From Acidobacteriota bacterium (GTDB lineage Bacteria; Acidobacteriota; Terriglobia; 20CM-2-55-15), in NCBI GenBank assembly GCA_003223875.1, contig QHWY01000087.1:4267-68266 (forward strand): a DNA stretch of 64,000 nt. The letters run 5' to 3'. Positions 1-9,480 of the stretch are shown here, piece by piece (position 1 is the stretch's first letter; every line of letters begins with the position of its first letter). Below the pieces are notes generated by a model. That model made no database searches. It was not told the origin of the DNA and was given only the letters and a program-made list of their open reading frames with translations. A program made the translations under genes and the position numbers.

Positions 1-369
1 TACATCAATATTCAGGAGATCCACCGGCCGGAACTGGATGCCCAACTTGTTGGGGAATCCATTGCCCTGCAGCTCGAAAAACGAATCGCTTTCCGTCGCG
101 CCATGCGCAAATCTGTCGACTCGGCGTTGCGGTTCGGCGCCAAGGGTATCAAAGTCCGCGTCAGCGGCCGCTTGAACGGCGCCGAAATCGCGCGCTCTGA
201 ATGGTACTTGCAAGGCCGCCTTCCTCTGCATACGTTGCGCGCGGATGTGGATTACGGTTTCGCGCAGGCATACACGACTTATGGAGTCATCGGAGTGAAG
301 TGTTGGATTTATAAAGGCGAGATTCTTCCGAGCAAACAACCGCAGGGTCCCGCAGCCGCTAGGATCTGA
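1..369 (+). CDS. rpsC: 30S ribosomal protein S3, C-terminal part (gene starts upstream of the window)
   Basis: The frame is open from base 1. The [24 protein letters not shown]...[14 protein letters not shown] motif is typical of the S3 C-terminus. It sits directly upstream of rplP. Confidence 0.9.
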   Translation, partial: YINIQEIHRPELDAQLVGESIALQLEKRIAFRRAMRKSVDSALRFGAKGIKVRVSGRLNGAEIARSEWYLQGRLPLHTLRADVDYGFAQAYTTYGVIGVKCWIYKGEILPSKQPQGPAAARI

Positions 370-372
370 CGT

Positions 373-798
373 ATGTTGATGCCCAAAAAAGTGAAGTACC
401 GCAAGCAACAGCGAGGCCGAATGCGCGGCAAGGCCTGGCGCGGGTCGTCGCTCGCGTTTGGCGACTACGGTCTGAAGACGCTGGATGCGGCTTGGATCAC
501 CGACCGCCAGATCGAAGCCGGGCGAATCGCCATCGCCCGCTTCGTCAAGCGCGGCGGAAAGATCTGGATCCGCGTTTTTCCGGACAAACCCGTCACCAAG
601 AAGCCGGCAGAAACGCGAATGGGCAAAGGCAAGGGTGCACCAGAATATTGGGTTGCCGTAATCAAACCGGGACGCATTCTTTACGAGATGGAAGGTGTGC
701 CTGAATCCGTGGCGCGCGAGGCAATGCGCCTCGCCGCTCAGAAGCTTCCGGTGCACACGAAATTCGTCATGCGCCAAGAAAAGGGAGGCGAGTCGTGA
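373..798 (+). CDS. rplP: 50S ribosomal protein L16
   Basis: The N-terminus [21 protein letters not shown] is canonical for L16, and the gene is in operon order. Confidence 0.95.
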   Translation: MLMPKKVKYRKQQRGRMRGKAWRGSSLAFGDYGLKTLDAAWITDRQIEAGRIAIARFVKRGGKIWIRVFPDKPVTKKPAETRMGKGKGAPEYWVAVIKPGRILYEMEGVPESVAREAMRLAAQKLPVHTKFVMRQEKGGES

Positions 799-1001
799 AG
801 TCCTCAGACCGGGTCAAGAAATTTCGCGACCTCTCGGCCGACGAACTCCAACGGCAGGAAGGCGAAATGAATGAACACATGTTCAAGCTGCGCTTTCAAT
901 GGGCGATGGGGCAAACCGAATCACTCAAGAAGATCCGGGAGCTGCGTAGGGATCGGGCGCGAATGTTGACGATTTTGCGCGAGAAGGAAAGCGAGAAGTA
1001 A
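795..1001 (+). CDS. rpmC: 50S ribosomal protein L29
   Basis: A 68-aa protein with an L29-like helix, sitting between rplP and rpsQ. Its start overlaps the rplP stop (ATGA-type). Confidence 0.9.
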   Translation: MKSSDRVKKFRDLSADELQRQEGEMNEHMFKLRFQWAMGQTESLKKIRELRRDRARMLTILREKESEK

Positions 1002-1294
1002 TGATGGCCGAAGAGAAACAAGCTGGCGGCGAGTCACCGCGCCACCATCAAGAGAAGGTGGGAATCGTAACCAGCGCGAAGATGCAGAAGACGATCGTCG
1101 TTCAGGTGCACAGGCGAGTTCAGCACCCGGTCTACAAACGAATTGTTACGAAACGATCGAAGTTCATGGTACACGACGAGCACAAAAAAGCGCATGAGGG
1201 CGACATGGTTCGGATCGTCGAGAGCCGCCCTCTCAGCAAGAACAAACGTTGGACTCTGAAAGACGTCCTTCGTGCAGCGACGACAGGAGTTTAA
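1001..1294 (+). CDS. rpsQ: 30S ribosomal protein S17
   Basis: [41 protein letters not shown] matches the S17 core. It carries a short N-terminal extension. Confidence 0.9.
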   Translation: MMAEEKQAGGESPRHHQEKVGIVTSAKMQKTIVVQVHRRVQHPVYKRIVTKRSKFMVHDEHKKAHEGDMVRIVESRPLSKNKRWTLKDVLRAATTGV

Positions 1295-1299
1295 GCGCC

Positions 1300-1671
1300 A
1301 TGCCCGTCCAAATGAGAACCATCCTCGAGGTAGCCGACAATTCCGGCGCAAAACGGCTTGCATGCATTTTGCCGATCGGCGGCTCAACCGGACTGAAAGC
1401 CGGGCTCGGCGACATCATCACGGCTTCAGTCAAAGAAGCGAGCCCGGATAGCAATGTGAAAAAAGGCTCGGTCGTGAAATGCGTCATCGTTCGAACCAAA
1501 AAAGAAACGAGGCGCAAGGACGGAACTTACATCCGGTTCGATCAGAATGCGGCCGTGCTGATCAATGACGATCACGAGCCAATCGGCACGCGCGTATTCG
1601 GACCGGTGGCTCGAGAGCTTCGGGACAAAAGGTTTATGAAAATTGTTTCATTGGCGCCGGAGGTCATTTAG
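1300..1671 (+). CDS. rplN: 50S ribosomal protein L14
   Basis: [18 protein letters not shown]... is L14. The start was taken at the internal ATG at 1300 rather than the ORF-track start at 1249, which overlaps S17. Confidence 0.93.
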   Translation: MPVQMRTILEVADNSGAKRLACILPIGGSTGLKAGLGDIITASVKEASPDSNVKKGSVVKCVIVRTKKETRRKDGTYIRFDQNAAVLINDDHEPIGTRVFGPVARELRDKRFMKIVSLAPEVI

Positions 1672-1998
1672 ATGCCGGCAATGCCTGCAATCAAGAAAAA
1701 CGACGAGGTTTACATCCTGCGGGGGAAGGACCGCGGGAAGACCGGCCGTGTTTTGATCGTCATACCGAAGGACCAGAAGATCGTGGTCGAAGGGGTTCAG
1801 ATGATCAAACGCCATACGCGTCCGAATCCACAGCGCAACATCAAAGGCGGAATCGTTGAGAAGGAAGCTCCGATTCATGTTTCGAACGTCGCTATCGTTT
1901 GCAAAAACTGCAAGGAGCATACACGTATCGCACATAAGGTGCTGGCGGACGGCCGGCGCGCGCGGGCATGCAAGAAATGCGGGAGTACGATTGAATGA
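1672..1998 (+). CDS. rplX: 50S ribosomal protein L24 with an unusual C-terminal Cys4 zinc-ribbon-like tail
   Basis: The N-terminal KOW region ([21 protein letters not shown]) is L24. The C-terminus reads C-x2-C-x19-C-x2-C (CKNC...CKKC) where typical L24 has no cysteines. Confidence 0.9.
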   Translation: MPAMPAIKKNDEVYILRGKDRGKTGRVLIVIPKDQKIVVEGVQMIKRHTRPNPQRNIKGGIVEKEAPIHVSNVAIVCKNCKEHTRIAHKVLADGRRARACKKCGSTIE

Positions 1999-2639
1999 GT
2001 AAGAAAGAACCGAAGAAAGCGAAAGCCCCGAAAGAAGCTCCGGAAGCGGCTCCAAAAGAAGCGGGGGCGAAGAAAACAAAACCCAAAGGACCGCAAGAGC
2101 CAAGCCGGCTGCGCACGCGGTATACGAAAGAGGTCGCCCCGGCGTTGATGAAGCATTTCAACTACAAAAATGTGATGGCCGTGCCAAAGCTCGAAAAGAT
2201 CGTCATCAATATGGGCCTGGGTGAGGCCATTGCGAATGCGAAGATTCTCGACGTCGCAACCGATGAACTCGGACGAATCGCCGGCCAGCGGCCGGTCGTC
2301 ACGCGCGCGAAGAAGTCGATCGCTAATTTCAAACTCCGTCAGAACATGCCGATCGGCGCAGCGGTGACGCTGCGCGGCGAACGGATGTTTGAATTCCTCG
2401 ACCGTTTAACGAGTGTTGTGCTTCCCCGCGTCCGCGATTTTCGCGGCGTATCCACGAAGTCTTTTGATGGCCGGGGAAATTACACGCTGGGTTTGCGCGA
2501 TCAATTGATCTTCCCAGAAATCGATTACGCCAAGGTCGATAAGGTTCGGGGCATGAATGTCACGATTGTGACGACTGCGCGTACCGATGATGAAGCGCGG
2601 GAGTTATTGAAACAGTTGGGAATGCCCTTCAGGCAGTAA
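1995..2639 (+). CDS. rplE: 50S ribosomal protein L5 with a Lys/Ala/Pro-rich N-terminal extension
   Basis: The [22 protein letters not shown] core is L5. The first ~38 aa are low-complexity K/A/P/E. Confidence 0.93.
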   Translation: MSKKEPKKAKAPKEAPEAAPKEAGAKKTKPKGPQEPSRLRTRYTKEVAPALMKHFNYKNVMAVPKLEKIVINMGLGEAIANAKILDVATDELGRIAGQRPVVTRAKKSIANFKLRQNMPIGAAVTLRGERMFEFLDRLTSVVLPRVRDFRGVSTKSFDGRGNYTLGLRDQLIFPEIDYAKVDKVRGMNVTIVTTARTDDEARELLKQLGMPFRQ

Positions 2640-2748
2640 CTGTAGCGGCGGTCCGCGAAGCGCAAGCGCGACAGCGCGCAGCCTTCAGAGATGACCGCCG
2701 ACGATTCGGAAGTGAGACATAGCCGGCGGTCATAGACCGCCGCTACAG
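2640..2748. repeat. Palindromic intergenic element (MITE/REP-like family 1, copy A) between rplE and rpsN
   Basis: The element has termini CTGTAGCGGCGGTC ... GCCGGCGGTCATAGACCGCCGCTACAG. The same inverted-repeat ends recur at 8346, 28543 and 51734. Confidence 0.8.
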
Positions 2749-2759
2749 AAATCGGAGTT

Positions 2760-2948
2760 TTGATGGCTCGAACATCAGCCGTTGCGAAAGAAGCAAAGAA
2801 AAAGAAATTTGCCGTGCGGTACCACAGCCGCTGCAAGCGCTGTGGTAGGCCGCGCGGCTTTATCCGAAAGTTTCAGCTCTGCCGTATTTGCTTCCGGCAG
2901 TTGTCGCTTGCGGGCGAAGTCCCGGGAGTGATCAAGAGCAGTTGGTAA
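2760..2948 (+). CDS. rpsN: 30S ribosomal protein S14, type Z (zinc-binding)
   Basis: A 61-aa protein with CKRCGRP...CRICFRQ Cys4, in the spc-operon position. Confidence 0.93.
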   Translation: MMARTSAVAKEAKKKKFAVRYHSRCKRCGRPRGFIRKFQLCRICFRQLSLAGEVPGVIKSSW

Positions 2949-2967
2949 TTTAAAGGGAATTTCGAAT

Positions 2968-3360
2968 ATGACTGATCCGATTGCAGACATGCTTACCCGA
3001 GTCCGGAACGCCGTTCAAGGAAAGCACCAGAAACTCGATATGCCCGCTTCGCGTTTGAAGATTGAAATTGCCCGGATTTTGAAAGAAGAAGGCTACATCG
3101 CGCATTACAAGACCATGGAAGAAGGCGGCAAAAGCTTTTTGACCGTTTTTCTGAAATACGGGCCGAAAGGCGAACAGGTGATCTCGAAGATCGAGCGGGT
3201 CAGCCGTCCCGGCTGCCGTGTCTACGTTTCGAAGAACGAAATTCCCAGAGTGCTCGGTGGCCTGGGCATCAACATTCTAACGACGTCGCACGGCGTCATG
3301 ACCGGCAAGCAAGCCCGCAAAGAAGGTTTTGGGGGCGAATTGCTTTGCAACATTTATTAA
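2968..3360 (+). CDS. rpsH: 30S ribosomal protein S8
   Basis: The MTDPIADMLTRVRNA N-terminus is S8. Confidence 0.95.
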   Translation: MTDPIADMLTRVRNAVQGKHQKLDMPASRLKIEIARILKEEGYIAHYKTMEEGGKSFLTVFLKYGPKGEQVISKIERVSRPGCRVYVSKNEIPRVLGGLGINILTTSHGVMTGKQARKEGFGGELLCNIY

Positions 3361-3366
3361 AGTTTT

Positions 3367-3906
3367 ATGTCTCGAATTGGTAAAAAGCCTATCCCGGTTC
3401 CCGACAAGGTGAAGGTCGATATCAAACCGAATGCTGTCGTCGTTACTGGACCGAAAGGGTCCGTCACCAACCCGATTCCTCCCGGAATCAAATGGGAACA
3501 GAAGGACAAACAACTCGTCGCCACTCGGCCCGGCGATACCGGCGCCGACAAGGCGTTTCATGGTTTGGCGCGCGCGTTGGTGGCGAATGCGGTCCGCGGT
3601 GTGACTGAGGGTTTCAGCAAAGAGCTCGAAATTGTCGGTGTCGGCTACCGCGCAGAGCAGAGGAAGAGTTCCGTGCTCTTTACGCTCGGATATTCGCATC
3701 CGATCGAATATCCGATTCCGCCGGGAATCAATATCACTGTGGATAAGCAGACGCGCTTGGTCATCAGCGGCGTAGACAGGCAGCAGGTCGGACAGATTGC
3801 GGCAAATATTCGCGCGTTGAGAAAACCGGATCCATATAAGAACAAGGGGATCCGCTATGTCGGTGAAGTTTTGAAGAAGAAAGCCGGAAAGGCCGGTGGT
3901 AAATAA
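3367..3906 (+). CDS. rplF: 50S ribosomal protein L6
   Basis: The [18 protein letters not shown]-terminus is L6. Confidence 0.95.
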   Translation: MSRIGKKPIPVPDKVKVDIKPNAVVVTGPKGSVTNPIPPGIKWEQKDKQLVATRPGDTGADKAFHGLARALVANAVRGVTEGFSKELEIVGVGYRAEQRKSSVLFTLGYSHPIEYPIPPGINITVDKQTRLVISGVDRQQVGQIAANIRALRKPDPYKNKGIRYVGEVLKKKAGKAGGK

Positions 3907-3908
3907 GT

Positions 3909-4274
3909 ATGCCGAAAGTATCTTCAAATGAAGTAAGGCTGAGGATTCACGAACGCATCCGGAAGCGTTTGCTGGGGGCGCCCGCTCGGCCGCGCCTGGC
4001 GGTGTTTCGCAGCAACAAACATATTTACGCGCAGATCATTGATGATTCCAAGGGCGCCACTTTGATAGCAGCGTCGTCTTTGGACGGTGACGCCAAAAAA
4101 GGTCTAAAGAACGGCAGCAATATGGCTGCAGCGAAGGCTGTTGGAAAGCTTGTCGCCGAACGAGCCAAAGCGAAAGGAATCGATGCCGTTCTATTCGACC
4201 GCGGCGGATATCTTTATCACGGCAGGGTGAAAGCTTTAGCCGAAGCAGCGCGGGAAGCAGGTCTCAAGTTCTAA
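3909..4274 (+). CDS. rplR: 50S ribosomal protein L18
   Basis: The [19 protein letters not shown] motif is L18. Confidence 0.93.
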   Translation: MPKVSSNEVRLRIHERIRKRLLGAPARPRLAVFRSNKHIYAQIIDDSKGATLIAASSLDGDAKKGLKNGSNMAAAKAVGKLVAERAKAKGIDAVLFDRGGYLYHGRVKALAEAAREAGLKF

Positions 4275-4276
4275 TC

Positions 4277-4783
4277 ATGAATAGCGCAAGAATCGATCCC
4301 TCACAATTGCAGCTCAAGGACACAGTCGTCTCGATCAATCGCGTCACGAAGGTAGTTAAAGGCGGCAAAAATTTGAGTTTCAGCGCGCTCGTCGTCGTGG
4401 GTGACGAGAGCGGTCATGTCGGATACGGCAATGGAAAGGCGAAGGAGGTGCCCCAGGCGATTCGTAAAGCAATCGAGGCGGCGAAGAAGAATCTGGTGAA
4501 AGTTCCGATCACGAACAATACGATTCCTCATCAAGTCACTGGACTGTTCGGTTCCGGACGGGTCCTGCTAAAGCCGGCAATCGAAGGAACGGGAATCATC
4601 GCGGGCGGTGCTGTGCGTGCTGTTATGCAAGCGGCGGGCGTTCAAAATATTCTGACGAAGTCGCTTGGGACTTCTAATCCGCACAACGTCATTAAGGCCA
4701 CCTTCGAGGGACTTCGAAATCTCAAAGATCCTCAGGACGTCGCCCGGCTTCGCGAAAAACCGTTGGAAGAGATTTTGGGATAG
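4277..4783 (+). CDS. rpsE: 30S ribosomal protein S5
   Basis: [43 protein letters not shown] is the S5 core. Confidence 0.95.
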   Translation: MNSARIDPSQLQLKDTVVSINRVTKVVKGGKNLSFSALVVVGDESGHVGYGNGKAKEVPQAIRKAIEAAKKNLVKVPITNNTIPHQVTGLFGSGRVLLKPAIEGTGIIAGGAVRAVMQAAGVQNILTKSLGTSNPHNVIKATFEGLRNLKDPQDVARLREKPLEEILG

Positions 4784-4989
4784 TGATGGCTACGAAGAAA
4801 AAAGCGGCTGGAGCTTCGAAACTGAAGATTCAGTACTATCGGAGCGCCATTGGGTTTACCGAGAAGCAGAAACTCATTGTGAAAGGACTTGGCTTCACGA
4901 GGTTGAATGCGGTTCGGGAAGTCGTCGATACACCGTCGATTCGGGGAATGGTTGCCAAGGTCCCGCATCTGGTGCGGATCGTGGAATAG
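4783..4989 (+). CDS. rpmD: 50S ribosomal protein L30
   Basis: A 68-aa L30-like protein in operon order. Confidence 0.88.
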   Translation: MMATKKKAAGASKLKIQYYRSAIGFTEKQKLIVKGLGFTRLNAVREVVDTPSIRGMVAKVPHLVRIVE

Positions 4990-5086
4990 ATTCAATCTGA
5001 AATTTGAAATCTTGGAATCTCGACTTTCAAATTATTGGAGATTGCAAATTCCAAAATTGCAGATTGGAAATTGAAGAGAAATATTT
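4990..5086. other. AT-rich (~30% GC) 97-bp intercistronic spacer with reiterated GAAATT/TTGCAAAT-type motifs between rpmD and rplO
   Basis: The sequence tctgaaatttgaaatcttgg...ttgcaaattccaaaattgcagattggaaattg contrasts with ~58% GC in the flanking genes. Confidence 0.6.
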
Positions 5087-5542
5087 ATGGCAGGTATAAA
5101 CACACTCAGGCCGGATCCGGGATCTACGCACAAGACTAAACGGATTGGGCGTGGTCCGGGCACCGGACACGGCAAGACGGCGGGGCGCGGGAACAAAGGT
5201 ATGTGGTCGCGTTCGGGAAGCAGTCAAAAGCGCGGTTTCGAAGGCGGGCAGATGCCTCTGCACCGGCGATTGCCCAAGCGCGGATTCACCAATGCGCCCT
5301 TCAAGAAGGAGTTCTCGACCGTTAACGTTAGCGATCTCGTGAAATTCGACAAGGGCTCGAAAATTGGTCCTCAGGAACTTTTGACTGCGGGAATTATTCG
5401 CAAACTCGAAAAGAACGGCCTGCGAATCCTCGGCGATGGCCGGATCGATCGTGTGCTGCACGTTTCCGCTCATTATTTCACTGAGGGGGCCCGGCAAAAG
5501 ATCACCAGCGCGGGAGGAACCTGCGAGGTAATACGTCTGTGA
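5087..5542 (+). CDS. rplO: 50S ribosomal protein L15
   Basis: The Gly/Arg-rich N-terminus [18 protein letters not shown] is L15. Confidence 0.93.
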   Translation: MAGINTLRPDPGSTHKTKRIGRGPGTGHGKTAGRGNKGMWSRSGSSQKRGFEGGQMPLHRRLPKRGFTNAPFKKEFSTVNVSDLVKFDKGSKIGPQELLTAGIIRKLEKNGLRILGDGRIDRVLHVSAHYFTEGARQKITSAGGTCEVIRL

Positions 5543-6909
5543 TTGAAGCAATCCAAAATATTTTCAACATACCCGATCTACGAAAACGAATCGCTTTCAT
5601 GCTGGCGCTGCTGGCCGTCTATCGCATTGGCGCGCACATTCCAACGCCTGGGATCGATTCGGAAGCGCTTGCGAATTTCTTTGCTCAAAACCAGGGTACG
5701 GTTTTCGGATTCCTGGATCTGTTCTCGGGTGGAAACTTTCGGCGGCTGACGATCTTTGCTTTGGGCATCATGCCCTACATTACGGCGTCGATCATCCTGC
5801 AGTTGCTGACGGTCGTCTGGCCGTATTTGGAAAAGCTTTCGAAAGAAGGCGAACTCGGACGCCGGAAGATCACGACGTATACGCGCTATCTGACGGTCGT
5901 ATTGAGTGCTGTGCAGTCGGCCGGCATAGCCGTTGCGCTGCAGCGTCAGGGGCAGTTCGTCGTGAATCCCGGAATCGGATTCACATTGATGACGATGCTC
6001 ACGCTGACGACTGGGACGGCGTTCATCATGTGGTTGGGCGAGCAAATCACGGATCGCGGAATCGGCAACGGCATGTCGCTGATCATCTTCGCCGGCATCG
6101 TCGTTGGATTGCCGCGGGCCATCCTCGATGTATACGAGAAGGTCAGCACAAACGAATGGGGTGTGCTCCAACTGATTATCCTCATCGCCCTCATGATCGC
6201 CGTGGTGGCCTTCATCGTACTGGTAGAGCGCGGGCAGCGGCGCATCACCGTACAATATGCTAAGCGCGTCGTTGGACGGCGAGTGTTAGGTGGGCAATCC
6301 ACACATCTACCCTTACGCGTGAACACCGGCGGAGTCATTCCGGTCATTTTTGCGTCCTCGATTTTGACCTTTCCGCAGACCTTTGGGCTCGTTGTACGGG
6401 AAAATCGTTTTCTAAGCGCCATTACCGACGCGCTGCGGTTTGGCGAGCCGCTTTATAACCTGTTGTACGTTCTCGGTATTATCTTTTTCTGCTACTTCTA
6501 TACCTCGATCATCTTCAATCCGAACGAAGTCGCGGATAACATGAGGAAGTACGGTGGATTTATTCCTGGGATTCGGCCAGGAAAACGCACAGCGGAATAT
6601 GTCAATTCGATCTTGACCAGAATTACTCTGGTTGGTGCATTGTATCTGGCGCTGATAGCGATCATTCCGGAGTTCATGATCACGGGCTTTCACGTCCAGA
6701 ATATACCTGTTGTGGGACCCAAGCTGGATGCCGTTCTGCCGCAGTGGGTGACGCAAGGACTCCGCGTGAATTTTTATTTCGGCGGCACATCGCTGTTGAT
6801 TGTCGTTGGAGTGGCAATGGATACTATTCAGATGGTCGAGTCACAACTAATCATGCGTCACTACGACGGTTTCTTGAAGAAGGGCCGAATTCGCGGGAGA
6901 AGAGGTTGA
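5539..6909 (+). CDS. secY: Protein translocase subunit SecY
   Basis: A 456-aa protein with 10 transmembrane segments and SecY motifs, positioned after rplO. Confidence 0.95.
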   Translation: MIEAIQNIFNIPDLRKRIAFMLALLAVYRIGAHIPTPGIDSEALANFFAQNQGTVFGFLDLFSGGNFRRLTIFALGIMPYITASIILQLLTVVWPYLEKLSKEGELGRRKITTYTRYLTVVLSAVQSAGIAVALQRQGQFVVNPGIGFTLMTMLTLTTGTAFIMWLGEQITDRGIGNGMSLIIFAGIVVGLPRAILDVYEKVSTNEWGVLQLIILIALMIAVVAFIVLVERGQRRITVQYAKRVVGRRVLGGQSTHLPLRVNTGGVIPVIFASSILTFPQTFGLVVRENRFLSAITDALRFGEPLYNLLYVLGIIFFCYFYTSIIFNPNEVADNMRKYGGFIPGIRPGKRTAEYVNSILTRITLVGALYLALIAIIPEFMITGFHVQNIPVVGPKLDAVLPQWVTQGLRVNFYFGGTSLLIVVGVAMDTIQMVESQLIMRHYDGFLKKGRIRGRRG

Positions 6910-7598
6910 TGGGTCGCAAGATTGTGATCCTGTTGGGGCATCCCGGAGTGGGAAAAGGGACCCAAGCTCGCGCGATCGTCCAGCACCTGGGGATCCCGCA
7001 GATCTCGACCGGCGACATGCTCCGCGAGGCCATCGCGAACAAAACCGCTTACGGCCGCGAGGCTAAGGAAAAGATGGATGCGGGCGAGTTGGTCAGTGAT
7101 TCAATTGTTAATGGTATCGTCTCAGAGCGAATCAAACGCGACGATTGTAAGAAAGGGTTTATTCTGGATGGTTACCCGCGGAACGTTTCGCAGGCCGAGA
7201 CGTTTAGGAAACTCGTAAAGAATAGTGACCGGCTATCTGTGATCGAGTTGTCTGCGGATTCCGAGCGGCTGCGAAAAGAAAAACGCCTTGTCGGGCGCTT
7301 GATGTGTCCCGGCTGTGGAGAGATTTACAACGAGTTCAGCAAGGCGCCCAGGCAGGATCAGATGTGTGATCTGTGCGGCAGACAACTCATTCATAGGTCC
7401 GATGACCGCGAAGATCTGATCAAAGAGCGCTTCCGGACTTATCACGAGGAAACCTACCCGCTGACCGAGTTTTATAAGGGGCGAGGTCTTTACCATCAGG
7501 TGGACGGGATGAGGCCGATAAACGCGGTAACGGAGGAAATCCTTAATATCATCGACAAAAAAAAACTAATGACGCCTGTCACTGACGGAGGAAGGTAA
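6909..7598 (+). CDS. adk: Adenylate kinase (zinc-lid type)
   Basis: [15 protein letters not shown]-loop. The CPGCGEIYN...CDLCGRQL lid is present. The start was taken at the ATG at 6909, which overlaps the secY stop. Confidence 0.93.
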   Translation: MGRKIVILLGHPGVGKGTQARAIVQHLGIPQISTGDMLREAIANKTAYGREAKEKMDAGELVSDSIVNGIVSERIKRDDCKKGFILDGYPRNVSQAETFRKLVKNSDRLSVIELSADSERLRKEKRLVGRLMCPGCGEIYNEFSKAPRQDQMCDLCGRQLIHRSDDREDLIKERFRTYHEETYPLTEFYKGRGLYHQVDGMRPINAVTEEILNIIDKKKLMTPVTDGGR

Positions 7599-7602
7599 GC
7601 GT

Positions 7603-7821
7603 TTGCCCAAAGAAGATGCGATTGAAGTCATAGCAACAGTCATCGAGCCTTTGCCGAACGCCATGTTCCGCGTCGAACTCGACAACAAACATCAGGTCCT
7701 TGCTCACATCTCGGGCAAGATGCGGAAAAATTTCATTCGAATACTTCCCGGTGACAAAGTGGCCGTCGAACTTTCGCCATACGATCTGACACGAGGCCGG
7801 ATCGTGTATCGCTATAAGTAG
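7603..7821 (+). CDS. infA: Translation initiation factor IF-1
   Basis: A 72-aa S1-like protein with [21 protein letters not shown]. Confidence 0.95.
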   Translation: MPKEDAIEVIATVIEPLPNAMFRVELDNKHQVLAHISGKMRKNFIRILPGDKVAVELSPYDLTRGRIVYRYK

Positions 7822-7826
7822 GTACT

Positions 7827-7940
7827 ATGAAGGTTAGAGCATCAGTTAAAAAAATTTGTGACAAATGCAAGATTGTGCACCGCAAGCGCGTTGTCCGTGT
7901 GATTTGTGTCAACCCTAAACACAAACAACGCCAGGGATAA
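7827..7940 (+). CDS. rpmJ: 50S ribosomal protein L36
   Basis: A 37-aa protein, [37 protein letters not shown], that is not in the ORF track. It has the C3H zinc ribbon. Confidence 0.93.
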   Translation: MKVRASVKKICDKCKIVHRKRVVRVICVNPKHKQRQG

Positions 7941-7954
7941 CCGGAGGTTTTGAG

Positions 7955-8341
7955 ATGGCACGTATTGCCGGCGTGGATCTTCCACCGAACAAGAGAATCG
8001 AAATTGGATTGACGTATATCTATGGAATCGGGCGGCCGCAATCGAACAATATTTTGCGCGCGGCAGGAGTAAGCGCGGATACAAAGGTTCGAGAACTCAA
8101 CGATGACGAAGTCAACAAGATCAGGAAGGTTATCGAAGAGCAATATCGTATCGAAGGCGATCTCCGCAAAGAGATTTCATTCAATATCAAACGCCTCATG
8201 GAAATCGGTTCGTATCGCGGGCTCCGGCACCGCCGTGGATTGCCGGTGCGTGGGCAGCGCACCCATACCAATGCCCGCACACGGAAAGGTCCAAGGCGCG
8301 GAGCGATCGCCGTCCGCAGGAAGGCCACGGCAAAGACATAG
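7955..8341 (+). CDS. rpsM: 30S ribosomal protein S13
   Basis: The [27 protein letters not shown]-terminus is S13. Confidence 0.95.
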   Translation: MARIAGVDLPPNKRIEIGLTYIYGIGRPQSNNILRAAGVSADTKVRELNDDEVNKIRKVIEEQYRIEGDLRKEISFNIKRLMEIGSYRGLRHRRGLPVRGQRTHTNARTRKGPRRGAIAVRRKATAKT

Positions 8342-8345
8342 TTAA

Positions 8346-8419
8346 CTGTAGCGGCGCTCTACGAGCGCCGGCAGTCCGGCAATTTAGAGATCGCCGGCGG
8401 TCATAGACCGCCGCTACAG
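8346..8419. repeat. Palindromic element family 1, copy B (74 bp) between rpsM and rpsK
   Basis: CTGTAGCGGCGCTCTACGAGCGCCGGC-(20 nt)-GCCGGCGGTCATAGACCGCCGCTACAG, with imperfect 27-bp arms. Confidence 0.85.
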
Positions 8420-8442
8420 CTGAACATCAATGGGAGTGATCG

Positions 8443-8838
8443 ATGGCAGGCCAGCCTAAGAAAAAAGGTGCAAAGAAAAAAGAAAAGAAGATTGTGCCGA
8501 CGGGCATAGCGCACATTCAGGCGACGTTCAACAATACGACGGTGACGATCGCGGATCTGGAAGGCAATGTCGTCTGCTGGTCCAGCGCCGGTTCTCTTGG
8601 TTTCAAAGGTTCCCGGAAAGGAACGCCGTTCGCCGCGCAGCAAGCTGCGCTGACAGCGGCAAACCGCGCGCGTGAGGCAGGAATGCGCACGCTTGAAGTG
8701 AACGTAAAGGGGCCGGGCTCCGGACGTGATTCCGCGATCCGGGCGTTGCAGACAGCGGGACTCGAAGTACGCACCATTCGCGATGTGACTCCGATACCGC
8801 ACAACGGCTGCCGTCCCCCGAAGAGAAGGAGAGTGTAA
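8443..8838 (+). CDS. rpsK: 30S ribosomal protein S11
   Basis: The [22 protein letters not shown] motif is S11. Confidence 0.95.
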   Translation: MAGQPKKKGAKKKEKKIVPTGIAHIQATFNNTTVTIADLEGNVVCWSSAGSLGFKGSRKGTPFAAQQAALTAANRAREAGMRTLEVNVKGPGSGRDSAIRALQTAGLEVRTIRDVTPIPHNGCRPPKRRRV

Positions 8839-8839
8839 T

Positions 8840-9469
8840 TTGGCTAGATATATTGGACCTGTCTGCAGGTTGTGCCGCAGAGAAGGAATGAAGCTTTTTT
8901 TGAAAGGCGAGAGATGCTTCAAACCGTCCTGCGGAATCGAGAAGAGAAATTTTCAGCCGGGACAACACGGCCACGATCGAAAGGCGAAAATCATCGGATA
9001 TGGGCTGCAGCTCCGCGAAAAGCAGAAGGTGAAGCGCATCTACGGCATCCTCGAAAATCAATTCCGGACATATTTCGAAAAAGCCGTCCGTCAGAAGGGT
9101 GTTACCGGCGAGAACCTGCTGGCGCAGCTCGAACGGCGCCTGGACAATGTGCTGGTCCGTCTGGGTTTTGCCACAACCCATGCTCAGGCCAGGCAGTTTG
9201 TCCGTCATGGCCATGTCCTCGTCAATGGAAAGAAAGTGAATATTCCTTCTTACCAGGTCAGTGTCGGCCAGGAGATCAGTGTCAAAGAGAAGATGAAGAA
9301 AAATGTTCAGGTCGCCGGCGCGCTCGAGTTGGTGGGTGGCCGTGGAACTCCTCACTGGCTGGAGCTGAACGCCGAGGCTGTTACTGGAAAGATTCTGACA
9401 ATACCCAAACGGGACGACATCAGCCTGCCGATCCAGGAACGAATGATCGTAGAGCTTTATTCTAAATAA
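8840..9469 (+). CDS. rpsD: 30S ribosomal protein S4 (Cys4 form)
   Basis: [16 protein letters not shown]...CFKPSC N-terminus plus an S4 domain. Confidence 0.95.
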   Translation: MARYIGPVCRLCRREGMKLFLKGERCFKPSCGIEKRNFQPGQHGHDRKAKIIGYGLQLREKQKVKRIYGILENQFRTYFEKAVRQKGVTGENLLAQLERRLDNVLVRLGFATTHAQARQFVRHGHVLVNGKKVNIPSYQVSVGQEISVKEKMKKNVQVAGALELVGGRGTPHWLELNAEAVTGKILTIPKRDDISLPIQERMIVELYSK

Positions 9470-9480
9470 GGGGCCGAAAA

